A stretch of 64,000 nt of DNA from a virus: the IMG/VR virus record IMGVR_UViG_3300042197_003333, positions 16,246 to 80,245 of that record; one strand, given 5' to 3'. The notes under the pieces are model-generated. The model saw nothing but the letters and a program-made list of their open reading frames with translations, was not told the origin of the DNA and searched no databases. Below are positions 1 to 9,180 of the stretch, piece by piece. Within the stretch, counting starts at the first letter, position 1. Each line of letters opens with the position of its first letter. The position numbers and the translations under genes are program-made.

Positions 1-57
1 TTTCAAAACTTCAATCACGACTTGGTGGAATTTCAAATCAAATGATGTCAATGATGA

Positions 58-93
58 AATAAAAAAAAATACCCCTTATATTAGGGGTATTTT
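58..93. terminator. Intrinsic terminator downstream of FKBP gene
   Basis: ATACCCCT-tatatt-AGGGGTAT stem flanked by A/T runs. Confidence 0.75.
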
Positions 94-114
94 GATTTTA
101 ATTAACTTTTCTGA

Positions 115-540
115 TTAGTTAATTGATACTACTTCCAAATCAAAGATTAATTTTTTTCCAGCGAGTGGATGATTCATATCAAGCACTACCGATGAATCTT
201 TGACTTCTTTAACCACAACTTGAAATGGTCCTCTTTCATTTTGACCTTGCAACTGGTCTCCAACTTTTACTTCTTGAGGTACTTTATCTTTTGGAACTTC
301 CTGAATTAACGTTTCGTTAACTTGTCCATAAGCTTCAGATGGCTCAATTTCAATTGTCTTTTTTTCTCCGACTGCCATTCCGATGAGACCACTCTCAAAA
401 CCTTTAATTAACTGCCCTTGACCTAGTTTGGCGTTTAGGGGAGTTCTTCCTTCCTGAATTGATGTGTCAAATACAGTTCCATCTTCAAGTTTTCCAGTGT
501 AATTAACGGAAACACTATCACCGTTTTTAATTTGTGCCAT
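115..540 (-). CDS. FKBP-type peptidyl-prolyl isomerase (SlyD/FkpB-like)
   Basis: VxVNYTGKLEDGTVFDTS, GQLIKGFE, EAYG, DMNHPLAGKKLIFDLEV motifs. Confidence 0.95.
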   Translation of the reverse strand: MAQIKNGDSVSVNYTGKLEDGTVFDTSIQEGRTPLNAKLGQGQLIKGFESGLIGMAVGEKKTIEIEPSEAYGQVNETLIQEVPKDKVPQEVKVGDQLQGQNERGPFQVVVKEVKDSSVVLDMNHPLAGKKLIFDLEVVSIN

Positions 541-561
541 TTTATTTTTTTTATAATGATA

Positions 562-1050
562 TTAAACTTTTTCCAATATATCAATAAGCCATTCAGGTTT
601 ATATCCATTTTTCCATACCGCAAATTTCATTTTTGCTCCACGATAATAGTTCCTATATGACTCAACAACATCAACTACCTTATATTCATCGGGCATTGCT
701 TTTGGTGGTTCAGTAAACCCTATATCTTTTATTTTTGGTTTGTTGGTTAAACACCATTCAATAACATCTTGTGATTTATGTCGTTTATTGTATCTATTGG
801 TGTATTCTTCACAAAGAGCAAGTCCGAGTTCACAAAGATAAAGATAATTGGATAATGAGGTTCTGGTCCATATAGAACAGGGGTGATTTTTGTGAGCGAG
901 CTTGTACGGTACTTGGTCGGTTACTTGGTCGGTCATATGGTGAGCGGAACAAAGAAGTTGAGCTGTTTCAAGAATCATTTTGACCACATGTTTATCACAA
1001 TGGTCTTTTGCGCATTTTTTTACATCCAAATCTAAAAAAAATATATTCAT
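562..1050 (-). CDS. Pyrimidine-dimer DNA glycosylase (DenV-like)
   Basis: MNIFFLD...HCDKHVVKMILETAQLL, HKNHPCSIW, YRNYY. Start moved to ATG at 1050, just downstream of a TATATTTG promoter. Confidence 0.85.
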   Translation of the reverse strand: MNIFFLDLDVKKCAKDHCDKHVVKMILETAQLLCSAHHMTDQVTDQVPYKLAHKNHPCSIWTRTSLSNYLYLCELGLALCEEYTNRYNKRHKSQDVIEWCLTNKPKIKDIGFTEPPKAMPDEYKVVDVVESYRNYYRGAKMKFAVWKNGYKPEWLIDILEKV

Positions 1051-1101
1051 TTGAGCAAATATACGAAATGATGAAGTATTTATAAAAAAAAAGAAAAAAA
1101 T

Positions 1102-1818
1102 ATGAAACAACTTTTTAAAATAGACGAATCGGAAAAAAGACGAATTCTAGAAATGCATGAAAATGCGACAAGAAGAAATTATTTGATGGAACAGGGAACT
1201 CCTGCACCTGCAACAACAGGAAACCAAAAAACACTGCCAAAAAAAGAAACCACATTTAATACAATCACTGATTTTTACGGTATAGATATGCCAGTTAAAA
1301 CTAGCTTATTGAAAATGAAATCTGCGGACGATATAAATAAATTAACAAGTATGATGCCACAAAACCAAGAATTAGTAGATGAGATAAATAGTAAAGTTAA
1401 AGCTATGGGTTCTTTAGGTAAAGAAACTACAATTGGATTTCCTTCGGCAACTGATGAGAATACAAAAAATTTAACATATAAGTATTTAAATGTTTTAATG
1501 ACGGCCCCAATATGGAATATTGTTACTAGAATATGTGGTGAAGTTGTTAATCTACCCGAAGATACGGGTAAAGCTATGGCTTGTACTTCAGGTATTAATT
1601 ATGAGGTCTATAAAAAAGCTATGGATTTTTTGCTTACAAATAACCAATGGAAAAACATATCAGAAGATGCTTTAGCGTCGTTCAAAGATGCTTATAATAT
1701 GTTAGGGACTGGAGTTAAAAATGATTCTGGTTACCAAAAAATATTTGTACAAATTCAAAAAGCTCCACTCATCACAGCCCTATCTTCAATTGCAAATGAA
1801 AAATATCAATCTTTTTAA
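1102..1818 (+). CDS. Hypothetical protein, cassette family X copy 1
   Basis: First 36 aa identical to 2944..3630, remainder not alignable by eye. Confidence 0.85.
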   Translation: MKQLFKIDESEKRRILEMHENATRRNYLMEQGTPAPATTGNQKTLPKKETTFNTITDFYGIDMPVKTSLLKMKSADDINKLTSMMPQNQELVDEINSKVKAMGSLGKETTIGFPSATDENTKNLTYKYLNVLMTAPIWNIVTRICGEVVNLPEDTGKAMACTSGINYEVYKKAMDFLLTNNQWKNISEDALASFKDAYNMLGTGVKNDSGYQKIFVQIQKAPLITALSSIANEKYQSF

Positions 1819-1857
1819 AAAAACTAATAAAAAAAAAGGGAATTAATTTCCCTTTTT

Positions 1858-2292
1858 TTATTTTGTAATATAAACATCTTCTTTATCTCCAATCCATATA
1901 AATCCATCCATCATGCCATCAATTTCAAATTCAAATATATAAATGAATTGCGATTCGTCTTCAGTTCTTGCCAATTTTTCATAACAAACCCAATCATTAT
2001 CATTTACTGTAATACTATAGAGTAGATTAGTTTTTTCAATAGTTAATATTTTATCTTCAAAACCATTAAAAATTACTTTTTTATTATTCAAATCTGTTAC
2101 CATTTTTATTGGTCCTTTATCGGATATTGAACTAGTTGTTACATTGAGGCTGTCTTTTTTAAATGCCTCTATAGCGTCCATACCAATTGGATGAATAAAA
2201 TTGTAAACAGTATCTATATAAAAACTAATAACCTGTGAAGAACAAGTGATACTTGATACGATAAATGCGATTGTTACGATAATGGTTTTCAT
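1858..2292 (-). CDS. Secreted hypothetical protein, cassette family Y copy 1
   Basis: Signal peptide MKTIIVTIAFIVSSITCSSQ nearly identical to 3680..4099. Confidence 0.8.
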   Translation of the reverse strand: MKTIIVTIAFIVSSITCSSQVISFYIDTVYNFIHPIGMDAIEAFKKDSLNVTTSSISDKGPIKMVTDLNNKKVIFNGFEDKILTIEKTNLLYSITVNDNDWVCYEKLARTEDESQFIYIFEFEIDGMMDGFIWIGDKEDVYITK

Positions 2293-2335
2293 AGTGTTTA
2301 AATTTTAGAGTACAAATATACGTAAATTTAAGTTA

Positions 2336-2435
2336 TCAATCCAAATTTTTTAATATATTTTCCACAATTGAATTCAATTATTTTTTCTTTATATTAAATT
2401 TTATGTTTTTTGCATTCCAATTAAGCTCCCCTTTT
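2336..2435 (-). pseudogene. Remnant of the 3' end of the GIY-YIG gene
   Basis: Matches 4143-4160 joined to about 4265-4337, with the intervening ~104 bp missing. Confidence 0.75.
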
Positions 2436-2446
2436 TATTTTAATTA

Positions 2447-2806
2447 TTAGTATTTAATACTAACCGAGAAATCTTTTTCTTTTGCAAATCGGCCCTCAAT
2501 TTCATCGGGTAGGTCATAGTATTCAATTAAAAAGATTTTTTCTTTAGTGTCAGTTTTGTTTGTAATCAAATACGTGGTACCTTCTTCTGTTGTAATGTCA
2601 AGATTGTTACCATTTTTGTAAAAAATAACCCCAACGTGAGTCAAATCTGAATTTGTTGCCATTTGAAGCATTTTACTTTGAGATGACTTAGATGTGTGAA
2701 AAATGATGTCACCATCTTTAAATTTGGTAGTATCATTTTCTAAAAGTTCTGACTTACAACTAGTTAATGAAACTAACAAAGAAAGTAATACAAGTAATTT
2801 TTTCAT
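2447..2806 (-). CDS. Chimeric lipoprotein: truncated YiiX/C92 permuted papain-like N-terminus plus family Y-like C-terminus
   Basis: Lipobox LTSC, GDIIFHTSKSSQS...ATNSDLTHVGVIF, no downstream catalytic Cys region. Confidence 0.65.
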   Translation of the reverse strand: MKKLLVLLSLLVSLTSCKSELLENDTTKFKDGDIIFHTSKSSQSKMLQMATNSDLTHVGVIFYKNGNNLDITTEEGTTYLITNKTDTKEKIFLIEYYDLPDEIEGRFAKEKDFSVSIKY

Positions 2807-2943
2807 TTTGTATAGGGTTATTGATTATTGTGGTACAAATATAAATACTTTTTTTTGTTTTGCCAAATTTTTATATATAAAAAATATGGATTTATTTATA
2901 AAATATTAAATTTTTGATGTATTTATAAATAAAAGAAAAAAAT

Positions 2944-3630
2944 ATGAAACAACTTTTTAAAATAGACGAATCGGAAAAAAGACGAATTCTAGAAATGCAT
3001 GAAAATGCGACAAGAAGAAATTATTTGATGGAACAGGGAACACCCGCACCTAACACTCCACAACCGACATCTCCACCAGCAAGACAGGAAGTACAACCTT
3101 CGGGAAATGTTGTAAATGGTAAAACTTATAAAATTCAAAATATTACGGATGACAGTTCATTATACTTATTTACTAATTTTGGTTTACTAAATACTGAGAC
3201 AGCAGGAACCCCTTTTGGCCCAAGGAGTCATAGTAACTTAGGTTGGATGGCATCGACAGTAGGTTCTACAGTTGGGAATGAAGTTTATAAATTAGAACAA
3301 TCAAATAAATTTCATGAAAAAGACCTTGGAACTGAAAAATTTGAACAGTTAAAAAAACAAGCGGAAACCGATGTTATGAAAATTGTAAATGAGTTAGATA
3401 TTATTGCACAAAATTATACTTTACCTGAACTATGTAATAAAACAGAAAAACCTCTACCTCAAGGAGTAAGCTCAAAAGCTTTAGCTATTGCTCAACAAAG
3501 AGTAGGGCCCGATATGGGACGACTCAGTTTAAATTGGTGTGGTCAACAAAAAACAGGAACAAACGCTAAAAATAAAAGAGAACAAATTCAAAAAGATAGA
3601 GAGTTTGCACAACAAAGAGCAAAGGCTTAA
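2944..3630 (+). CDS. Hypothetical protein, cassette family X copy 2
   Basis: Same N-terminus as 1102..1818. Confidence 0.85.
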   Translation: MKQLFKIDESEKRRILEMHENATRRNYLMEQGTPAPNTPQPTSPPARQEVQPSGNVVNGKTYKIQNITDDSSLYLFTNFGLLNTETAGTPFGPRSHSNLGWMASTVGSTVGNEVYKLEQSNKFHEKDLGTEKFEQLKKQAETDVMKIVNELDIIAQNYTLPELCNKTEKPLPQGVSSKALAIAQQRVGPDMGRLSLNWCGQQKTGTNAKNKREQIQKDREFAQQRAKA

Positions 3631-3679
3631 AAAAAGGGACAGAAAGTCCCTTTTTATTTTTTAAAATTATTTGATAATT

Positions 3680-4099
3680 TTATTCTATTGTAAATTTAGG
3701 ATTTTTAGTAAAAAAACCTTTGATTAACTCTCCGTCTCTGTATTCAAAAAGATACATAATACCACCCTCATTAGTTTGTCCCAAAATTTCTAAACATTCA
3801 TTACCATTATCAGAAACAACAACATCAATAATGTTATTTGTTTGATTAACTTTAAGTATGTCGTAATTTTTACAGTTAAATGTTTCAGTCATTTTGTTTA
3901 AATCACAAGTTATAACAAGTTTTGGATTGTGTTCATACAAATTTTTATATACTATTTTGTTTAACTTAATAGCTTGAGGAGTACTCATTAATACTGGGTG
4001 TTCAAAAACTTGACAAGTGTCCAATTCAATTGTGATAATTTGTGAAAAACAAGTGATACTTGATACGATAAATGCGATTGTTACGATAATGGTTTTCAT
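3680..4099 (-). CDS. Secreted hypothetical protein, cassette family Y copy 2
   Basis: Same signal peptide as 1858..2292. Confidence 0.8.
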   Translation of the reverse strand: MKTIIVTIAFIVSSITCFSQIITIELDTCQVFEHPVLMSTPQAIKLNKIVYKNLYEHNPKLVITCDLNKMTETFNCKNYDILKVNQTNNIIDVVVSDNGNECLEILGQTNEGGIMYLFEYRDGELIKGFFTKNPKFTIE

Positions 4100-4142
4100 A
4101 GTGTTTAAATTTTAGAGTACAAATATACGTAAATTTAAGTTG

Positions 4143-4937
4143 TCAATCCAAATTTTTTAAAAAAATTTCTTTTGTTTTTCCGTTTTTAAAAAGACCATCA
4201 TAACTATATCTGTCCTTATAAGATAAATTTAGTTCATCATTTAAATCATTTAAAAATTTTTTAATATATTTTCTACAATTGAATTCAATTATTTCTCCTT
4301 TATATGAAATTTTATATTTTTTTGCATTTCCATTAAGTTCTCCTTTTCTATTTTTTGACATTTTTTGTTTAGTTTTTGTTGTATGTTTTCTGGTACCAAA
4401 TTCTTTTATCCTTTTTCTAACCCCTTTTTTAATTTTCTCAATGTCTTCTAATTTTCGCGGAATTCCCTTGTTATGTCCTTCGTGGCCTATTAATGATTTG
4501 CTTAATTTTTCTCTATATTCTTTACTTTGAATGGTTTTTTTAAACTTTTCAGAATTTTTCAAAGACTCACTTATTTTCTTTTTTGTTTTTTCTGAATGTT
4601 TTTTTCTCATACCATCACCTCCCTCAGTCAAATTTAAACCATTTTTACCCATATAAGAATTAAATTTTTTAATATAATAAATTTCTTTTTTACTCAATAA
4701 ATTAATTAGTTCATTAATTTCTATAATTTCTATAATTTCTATTATTTCAACTGAATGAGAATCAAATCCGTATTTTAAAAATGAGTTATATAGTTTTTTT
4801 TGTTTCTCGCATAATAATCTTGAATATTTTAAAAATCTTTGTTTGATATTTTGTGTTTTACCAATGTATACTTTATTGGTGGGAGAAATTATTTTATAAA
4901 TTCCTGCTTTTTTAGGAAGAGACTCTATATTTATCAT
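4143..4937 (-). CDS. GIY-YIG homing endonuclease with NUMOD3-like repeats
   Basis: GIYKIISP..KVYIGKT, KKHSEKTKKKIS and KHTTKTKQKMS repeats. Confidence 0.93.
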   Translation of the reverse strand: MINIESLPKKAGIYKIISPTNKVYIGKTQNIKQRFLKYSRLLCEKQKKLYNSFLKYGFDSHSVEIIEIIEIIEINELINLLSKKEIYYIKKFNSYMGKNGLNLTEGGDGMRKKHSEKTKKKISESLKNSEKFKKTIQSKEYREKLSKSLIGHEGHNKGIPRKLEDIEKIKKGVRKRIKEFGTRKHTTKTKQKMSKNRKGELNGNAKKYKISYKGEIIEFNCRKYIKKFLNDLNDELNLSYKDRYSYDGLFKNGKTKEIFLKNLD

Positions 4938-5024
4938 TGTATTTATATTTGTAGTTATATATAAATATCAAAAAAACAAAAAAATCCCTCAACGGAGGGA
5001 TTTTTTTATAAGATAAATAGTATA

Positions 5025-5882
5025 TTAAATTTCTTGTAATTGTTCTTGTTTTAAAAGTTCATAAGCCCTAAGTAACCGACTCATACCAATACCACATCCA
5101 ACTCTAGGGAAAAAATTGTAACTTAAAAAATCTTCCAATTCCTCTTCAACTCTTTCTTTTCCAAAAAGTTCAAATAGTTTTCCACAATATTTTCCATCTT
5201 CTATTTTATAAAACATTTCCCTCATTTCTTTAACATCACAACTTCTTTCAGCTGAACCAAAAGTTTCCTGTCCGTATAAAATAACGTCAACTTTTTTAAA
5301 TAAATTATTATTATTGTGTTTCATATTCCAAAACGGATTAGTTCTTAACGGGAAGTTTTGTAACGAAATTACTGAACCTTTTTCTTTCCACATTTTTGTT
5401 TCATGCTCATCTTCTAAAATTGATGTGTCATATTCATTACACATATCTTCATAGTTTACCTCAATTTGTTTATCAAAACCTAAATACTCTAAAAGTTCAG
5501 ATTGTAGTTTTATTAAATCTTGCATGTCCCCTTTTGTTTCAAATTCAAACATTTTAAAAACTTTTTTATGTCTACCATCAATTGGTTTTTTTTCATCTCT
5601 GTATGATGTTGTTATACAAAAAACACCATCCCAATCAGGATTTTCTAATAGTTGTTCTTCCAAAACCATTTGATTTGTTTGTTGTAATGGATATGTAATA
5701 GGATTACCATCTTCACTTGTTAAAGAATATGACACGATTGAATGCGGGTTTTCACATGCCGCCAAAATTGATAATCGTATTCCATCAGGAACTTCTTTAA
5801 AATTTTTATTGAGAAAAAAAGTCCTCATTTTTTGAATAAGTTCAGAATAGATTTCTGTTTTTACATTTTTAGTGTTTTTCAT
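5025..5882 (-). CDS. Class II aaRS (Asp/Asn/Lys-type) catalytic-core homolog lacking an anticodon-binding domain
   Basis: Motif 1 region RTFFLNKNFKEV, motif 2 SYRDEK...H..F.MFEFE, ETFGSAER, motif 3 GCGIGMSRL; 285 aa. Confidence 0.85.
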   Translation of the reverse strand: MKNTKNVKTEIYSELIQKMRTFFLNKNFKEVPDGIRLSILAACENPHSIVSYSLTSEDGNPITYPLQQTNQMVLEEQLLENPDWDGVFCITTSYRDEKKPIDGRHKKVFKMFEFETKGDMQDLIKLQSELLEYLGFDKQIEVNYEDMCNEYDTSILEDEHETKMWKEKGSVISLQNFPLRTNPFWNMKHNNNNLFKKVDVILYGQETFGSAERSCDVKEMREMFYKIEDGKYCGKLFELFGKERVEEELEDFLSYNFFPRVGCGIGMSRLLRAYELLKQEQLQEI

Positions 5883-5919
5883 TTTTGTTTTTTTATTTTT
5901 TATTGTTTATTAACAGGGC

Positions 5920-6008
5920 AAAAAAAATCCTGACAAATGTCAGGATTTAAATGAAAATGAATTTATACAATTCATCCGTAGTTTTGTTTTGTTTTTTTTC
6001 ATTTTCAT
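5920..6008 (-). promoter_or_regulatory. Putative attenuator: 22-aa leader ORF ending in a terminator hairpin
   Basis: ORF 6008-5940 MKMKKNKTKLRMNCINSFSFKS*, stem AAATCCTGAC/GTCAGGATTT followed by a U run on the minus strand, upstream of the aaRS-like ATG. Confidence 0.5.
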
Positions 6009-6079
6009 TAATTTTAAATATACCAACTTTTATAAAAGTAATCAAGAGTTGTATAATATTTATAAAAAAAGTTTTGTTA

Positions 6080-7192
6080 ATGAAAAAATTAATTCTTGAA
6101 GTAGAAAAAATTAAATCACTTATTGGGTTGCCAATCAACGAAATGGCAAAACCAAGTGAACAACATATAAAATCAATTCAAACAATTTTAAGTACAAATA
6201 ATTTACTTAAAAGGGAAGCGGAATCACTTCTTAATCAAATTATTGATTTGGCGGATGACCAAATTATAAATTTTGATTTATTGGAGCATGGTGTCAAAAA
6301 TACGTTGCTTAAAAAAGGAGATAAGTATAAATCAATTGTTAAGTACTTTGAAAAAGTATTAGGGTCTTTAAGACGCAGGGAGCCGGATTCATATGAGATT
6401 GAGCCAGAAATGAATGATTATAGTTTTGAACCTGAAGAACCATCAATCCTAAAGAAAAAAATATTTAGAAAAGAGTTGTATTATTTACAAGTTGAACTAC
6501 TCAAATTACAAGAATGGTTAATAGAAACAGGCAAAACCGTAATCATAGTTTTTGAAGGAAGAGATTCGGCGGGTAAGGGCTCCACAATTAAAAAATTCAC
6601 AGAAAATTTAAATCCAAGATATTTTAACATTATTGCTCTTGGAATACCAACACCCGAAGAAAGACAAGATTGGTTCGGTAGATACAAAAAACATATAAAA
6701 CCAGGTATGATTAATTTCTTTGATAGGAGTTGGTATAACCGAGGACTTGTTGAACCTGTTATGGGTTATGGCTCTGAAGAGGAATACCAAGATTTTATGG
6801 ACAATGTTGAAAATTTTGAAAATGAACTTGTTGAACAAGGTGATTATTTATTTAAACTTTGGTTTTCAATTGATAAGGAAACTCAAGCGAGAAGATTTGA
6901 AATGAGACAAAAATCACCACTTAAATATTGGAAGTATTCGCCCAACGATGCTAAAATGCAAGATATGTGGGAAAGGTTTACCGAATTTAAACAACGACTA
7001 TTTGATAAAACATCTACAATAAACCATCCTTGGATTGTTTTGGATGCGAATGATAAGAAAGTATCGGGATTGAACGCAATTAGATATGTATTGCAGAATA
7101 TTCCATATGAAAATAAAAATGAAGAATTGCTGGATAAAGAATTTCCTGAAGCGATGACCGTATTAAGACCTGAAACAAATGAAAATTCCTAA
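6080..7192 (+). CDS. ppk2: Polyphosphate kinase 2 with N-terminal extension
   Basis: FEGRDSAGKGSTI, FDRSWYNR, RFEMRQKSPLKYWKYSPND. Start at 6080 follows TATTTAT. Confidence 0.95.
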   Translation: MKKLILEVEKIKSLIGLPINEMAKPSEQHIKSIQTILSTNNLLKREAESLLNQIIDLADDQIINFDLLEHGVKNTLLKKGDKYKSIVKYFEKVLGSLRRREPDSYEIEPEMNDYSFEPEEPSILKKKIFRKELYYLQVELLKLQEWLIETGKTVIIVFEGRDSAGKGSTIKKFTENLNPRYFNIIALGIPTPEERQDWFGRYKKHIKPGMINFFDRSWYNRGLVEPVMGYGSEEEYQDFMDNVENFENELVEQGDYLFKLWFSIDKETQARRFEMRQKSPLKYWKYSPNDAKMQDMWERFTEFKQRLFDKTSTINHPWIVLDANDKKVSGLNAIRYVLQNIPYENKNEELLDKEFPEAMTVLRPETNENS

Positions 7193-7204
7193 TATTTATA
7201 CATT

Positions 7205-7525
7205 ATGAGAAAGCAAATTAAAATAACAGAAAGTCAATTAGATAGAATTGTTAAAAATCTTTTAAATGAAGATGCTCGTTATGTTATGTCATTTGACGAG
7301 TTTATGAGACATAAGAACAAAGACCAACAATATAAATGTGGATACGAAAATTTATGTTTTTTGGTTCACGATGGAAACTACCAAATTGATTTGGGTGAAA
7401 AATTCCATGAAAAACATAAAATTCCTAATGGTGTAGGTGGAACAATCTATCACGATGGAAATAATGTTTATTTCTGTCCTGATTTTGGTGACGATAGACC
7501 ACAAAGAACAATTCAAGTGTTTTAA
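7205..7525 (+). CDS. Hypothetical protein with IKITESQL leader
   Basis: ORF after TATTTAT; leader shared with other genes. Confidence 0.75.
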   Translation: MRKQIKITESQLDRIVKNLLNEDARYVMSFDEFMRHKNKDQQYKCGYENLCFLVHDGNYQIDLGEKFHEKHKIPNGVGGTIYHDGNNVYFCPDFGDDRPQRTIQVF

Positions 7526-8187
7526 ACCTTAACATTTAAAAGGTCAAACCCATTACGTTCTTCAGTGTTCCAAACGTGATTAATGGTAACAGTATTATTA
7601 TCTAAATTAAATACAATATTACCTTGTGAGCCCTCATTTATTTCCCAACCACCGAAATGTGTTAAAGCGTTATAACATGAGTCTTTAATATCTGCCGAAG
7701 TATTTTCTGATTCACCGTTAACATCCATACTTCCTTCTATATAACCACTATCGCCACCACCAGTATAAGTGCAAATTATTTCACTAACTCCTTGTTCTAT
7801 ATAAGTTTCAAATGGAGCTAAATTTGTAATTTCATCTTCACTACTAACCTCCTCGTAACCCATAGTAGTATAAGAGCAAGAAACTCTAATTTCTTTTTCT
7901 TTTGCCAAAAATTCTATTTCTATTGTATAATAATCAACATCATTATCATGAAAATTACTCTCAAAATCATCTGAATCAACTTGTTCTAAAATTCTACGTA
8001 TAATATCATCAATACCTGGAAAAAGTTCAATTTTTCTATGTCCATCACCATGTAATCCTGAATTCCAAGTAATATCTTCATATTCGTAAGAATAATCAAT
8101 TGATGCGCTATCGGTGCCAAAACTTCTAATATAGATAAAAAATTTATTTAATAATTTTTTTTCGTTATCTGTTAATTGTAATTCCAT
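7522..8187 (-). CDS. Hypothetical protein (DUF6878-like, YxGGGDSG motif)
   Basis: YTGGGDSGYI...GWEINEGSQG. Confidence 0.65.
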   Translation of the reverse strand: MELQLTDNEKKLLNKFFIYIRSFGTDSASIDYSYEYEDITWNSGLHGDGHRKIELFPGIDDIIRRILEQVDSDDFESNFHDNDVDYYTIEIEFLAKEKEIRVSCSYTTMGYEEVSSEDEITNLAPFETYIEQGVSEIICTYTGGGDSGYIEGSMDVNGESENTSADIKDSCYNALTHFGGWEINEGSQGNIVFNLDNNTVTINHVWNTEERNGFDLLNVKV

Positions 8188-8198
8188 ATCAATAAATA

Positions 8199-8549
8199 TT
8201 AATCTTTTTTTATTTTTTTTGTTTTAATCATCCAAATCGGTCTTTCATTTTTTTCAATTGCTGTGAGCCACTCCTTTGCTGTTGGAACATATCCATTACA
8301 ATCTTCTCTTACATGTAATTCTCCCACGTATCTTGTGTAAACAACTTTCCCATCTGAATTTATAAAAGAAGCTCCAAACAATTTTTCAAGTTCAAATATT
8401 CCTTCGCTATGATGTCTAAAAAGTCTGTGATGTGAATAACATACCCATCCTTTTGTCTCGTCAAGCCAATTATGCATTGGAAGATAATCTTCAATTTTTC
8501 CACCCCAAGTTTTTACTGATGATTCTGCGTGTTCAATCGGATGCGCCAT
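8199..8549 (-). CDS. DUF6915-like protein
   Basis: MAHPIEHAESSVKTWGGKIEDY..HNWLDETK, HRLFRHHSEGIF, ELHVREDC. Confidence 0.8.
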   Translation of the reverse strand: MAHPIEHAESSVKTWGGKIEDYLPMHNWLDETKGWVCYSHHRLFRHHSEGIFELEKLFGASFINSDGKVVYTRYVGELHVREDCNGYVPTAKEWLTAIEKNERPIWMIKTKKIKKD

Positions 8550-8820
8550 TTTCTAATTCTTTTATTGAGCTTATTATTTGAATTTCTTTTCCAAATGAAA
8601 ATAATCTAAATGAATCCATAATCAATTGTTCAAGGGCAAATGGAAATAATTCAAGTGATGAATTAACATCTTTAACATATAAACTAACTGAACAATAATA
8701 AAATTTGCCGTTTGTTGAATAGTTAAATTCTTCAACAATAACTTTTGCGTCTTTACCAAAAAATTCAGTTAATTCACGTTTATGTACTTTGTTTATGGTT
8801 GTTTGTAAGTGTTTCTTCAA
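8533..8820 (-). CDS. Hypothetical protein
   Basis: ORF in an operon with its neighbours. Confidence 0.65.
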   Translation of the reverse strand: MKKHLQTTINKVHKRELTEFFGKDAKVIVEEFNYSTNGKFYYCSVSLYVKDVNSSLELFPFALEQLIMDSFRLFSFGKEIQIISSIKELENGASD

Positions 8821-9175
8821 TTTTCAAATTCATTTCAAATAAATTAATTCTTTTGTATATGATAATTTTTATATAATGTTTAATTTCTTTTTTTAACTTA
8901 TCAAAACTTATATTTTTTGATTGTTTAAAAATCGGTGAACTTAAATATATAGAACTAATTATGTTGTCAGGTCTAATTATTAACATATCTTCCAAAACTC
9001 CTGTTAACAAAAACTCGTCATCAAATTTGTCTTTATCACATACCACAAGTAATTTTACGTTAATTCTTTCATTATTCATGTGTTCAATATTCACAACTTC
9101 AATTCTTTTAAATAAAATATATGATGGTACAAGATATTTATTTAAATAAAACTCAAGCAAAATTTTCCGATTCAT
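8780..9175 (-). CDS. Hypothetical protein
   Basis: ORF; start at 9175 avoids overlap with the divergent gene. Confidence 0.5.
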   Translation of the reverse strand: MNRKILLEFYLNKYLVPSYILFKRIEVVNIEHMNNERINVKLLVVCDKDKFDDEFLLTGVLEDMLIIRPDNIISSIYLSSPIFKQSKNISFDKLKKEIKHYIKIIIYKRINLFEMNLKIEETLTNNHKQST

Positions 9176-9180
9176 TCCAC

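Larger units (their letters stand above)
1077..4160. repeat. Duplicated cassette arms (left ~1077-1209 = ~2920-3051; right ~2234-2353 = ~4041-4160)
   Basis: Direct comparison shows two near-identical 120-130 bp segments. Confidence 0.92.

Noticed and set aside
1077-4160. Diversity-generating retroelement TR/VR pair
   Set aside because: No reverse transcriptase in the window. The repeats are at 5' gene ends and differences are not adenine-specific.
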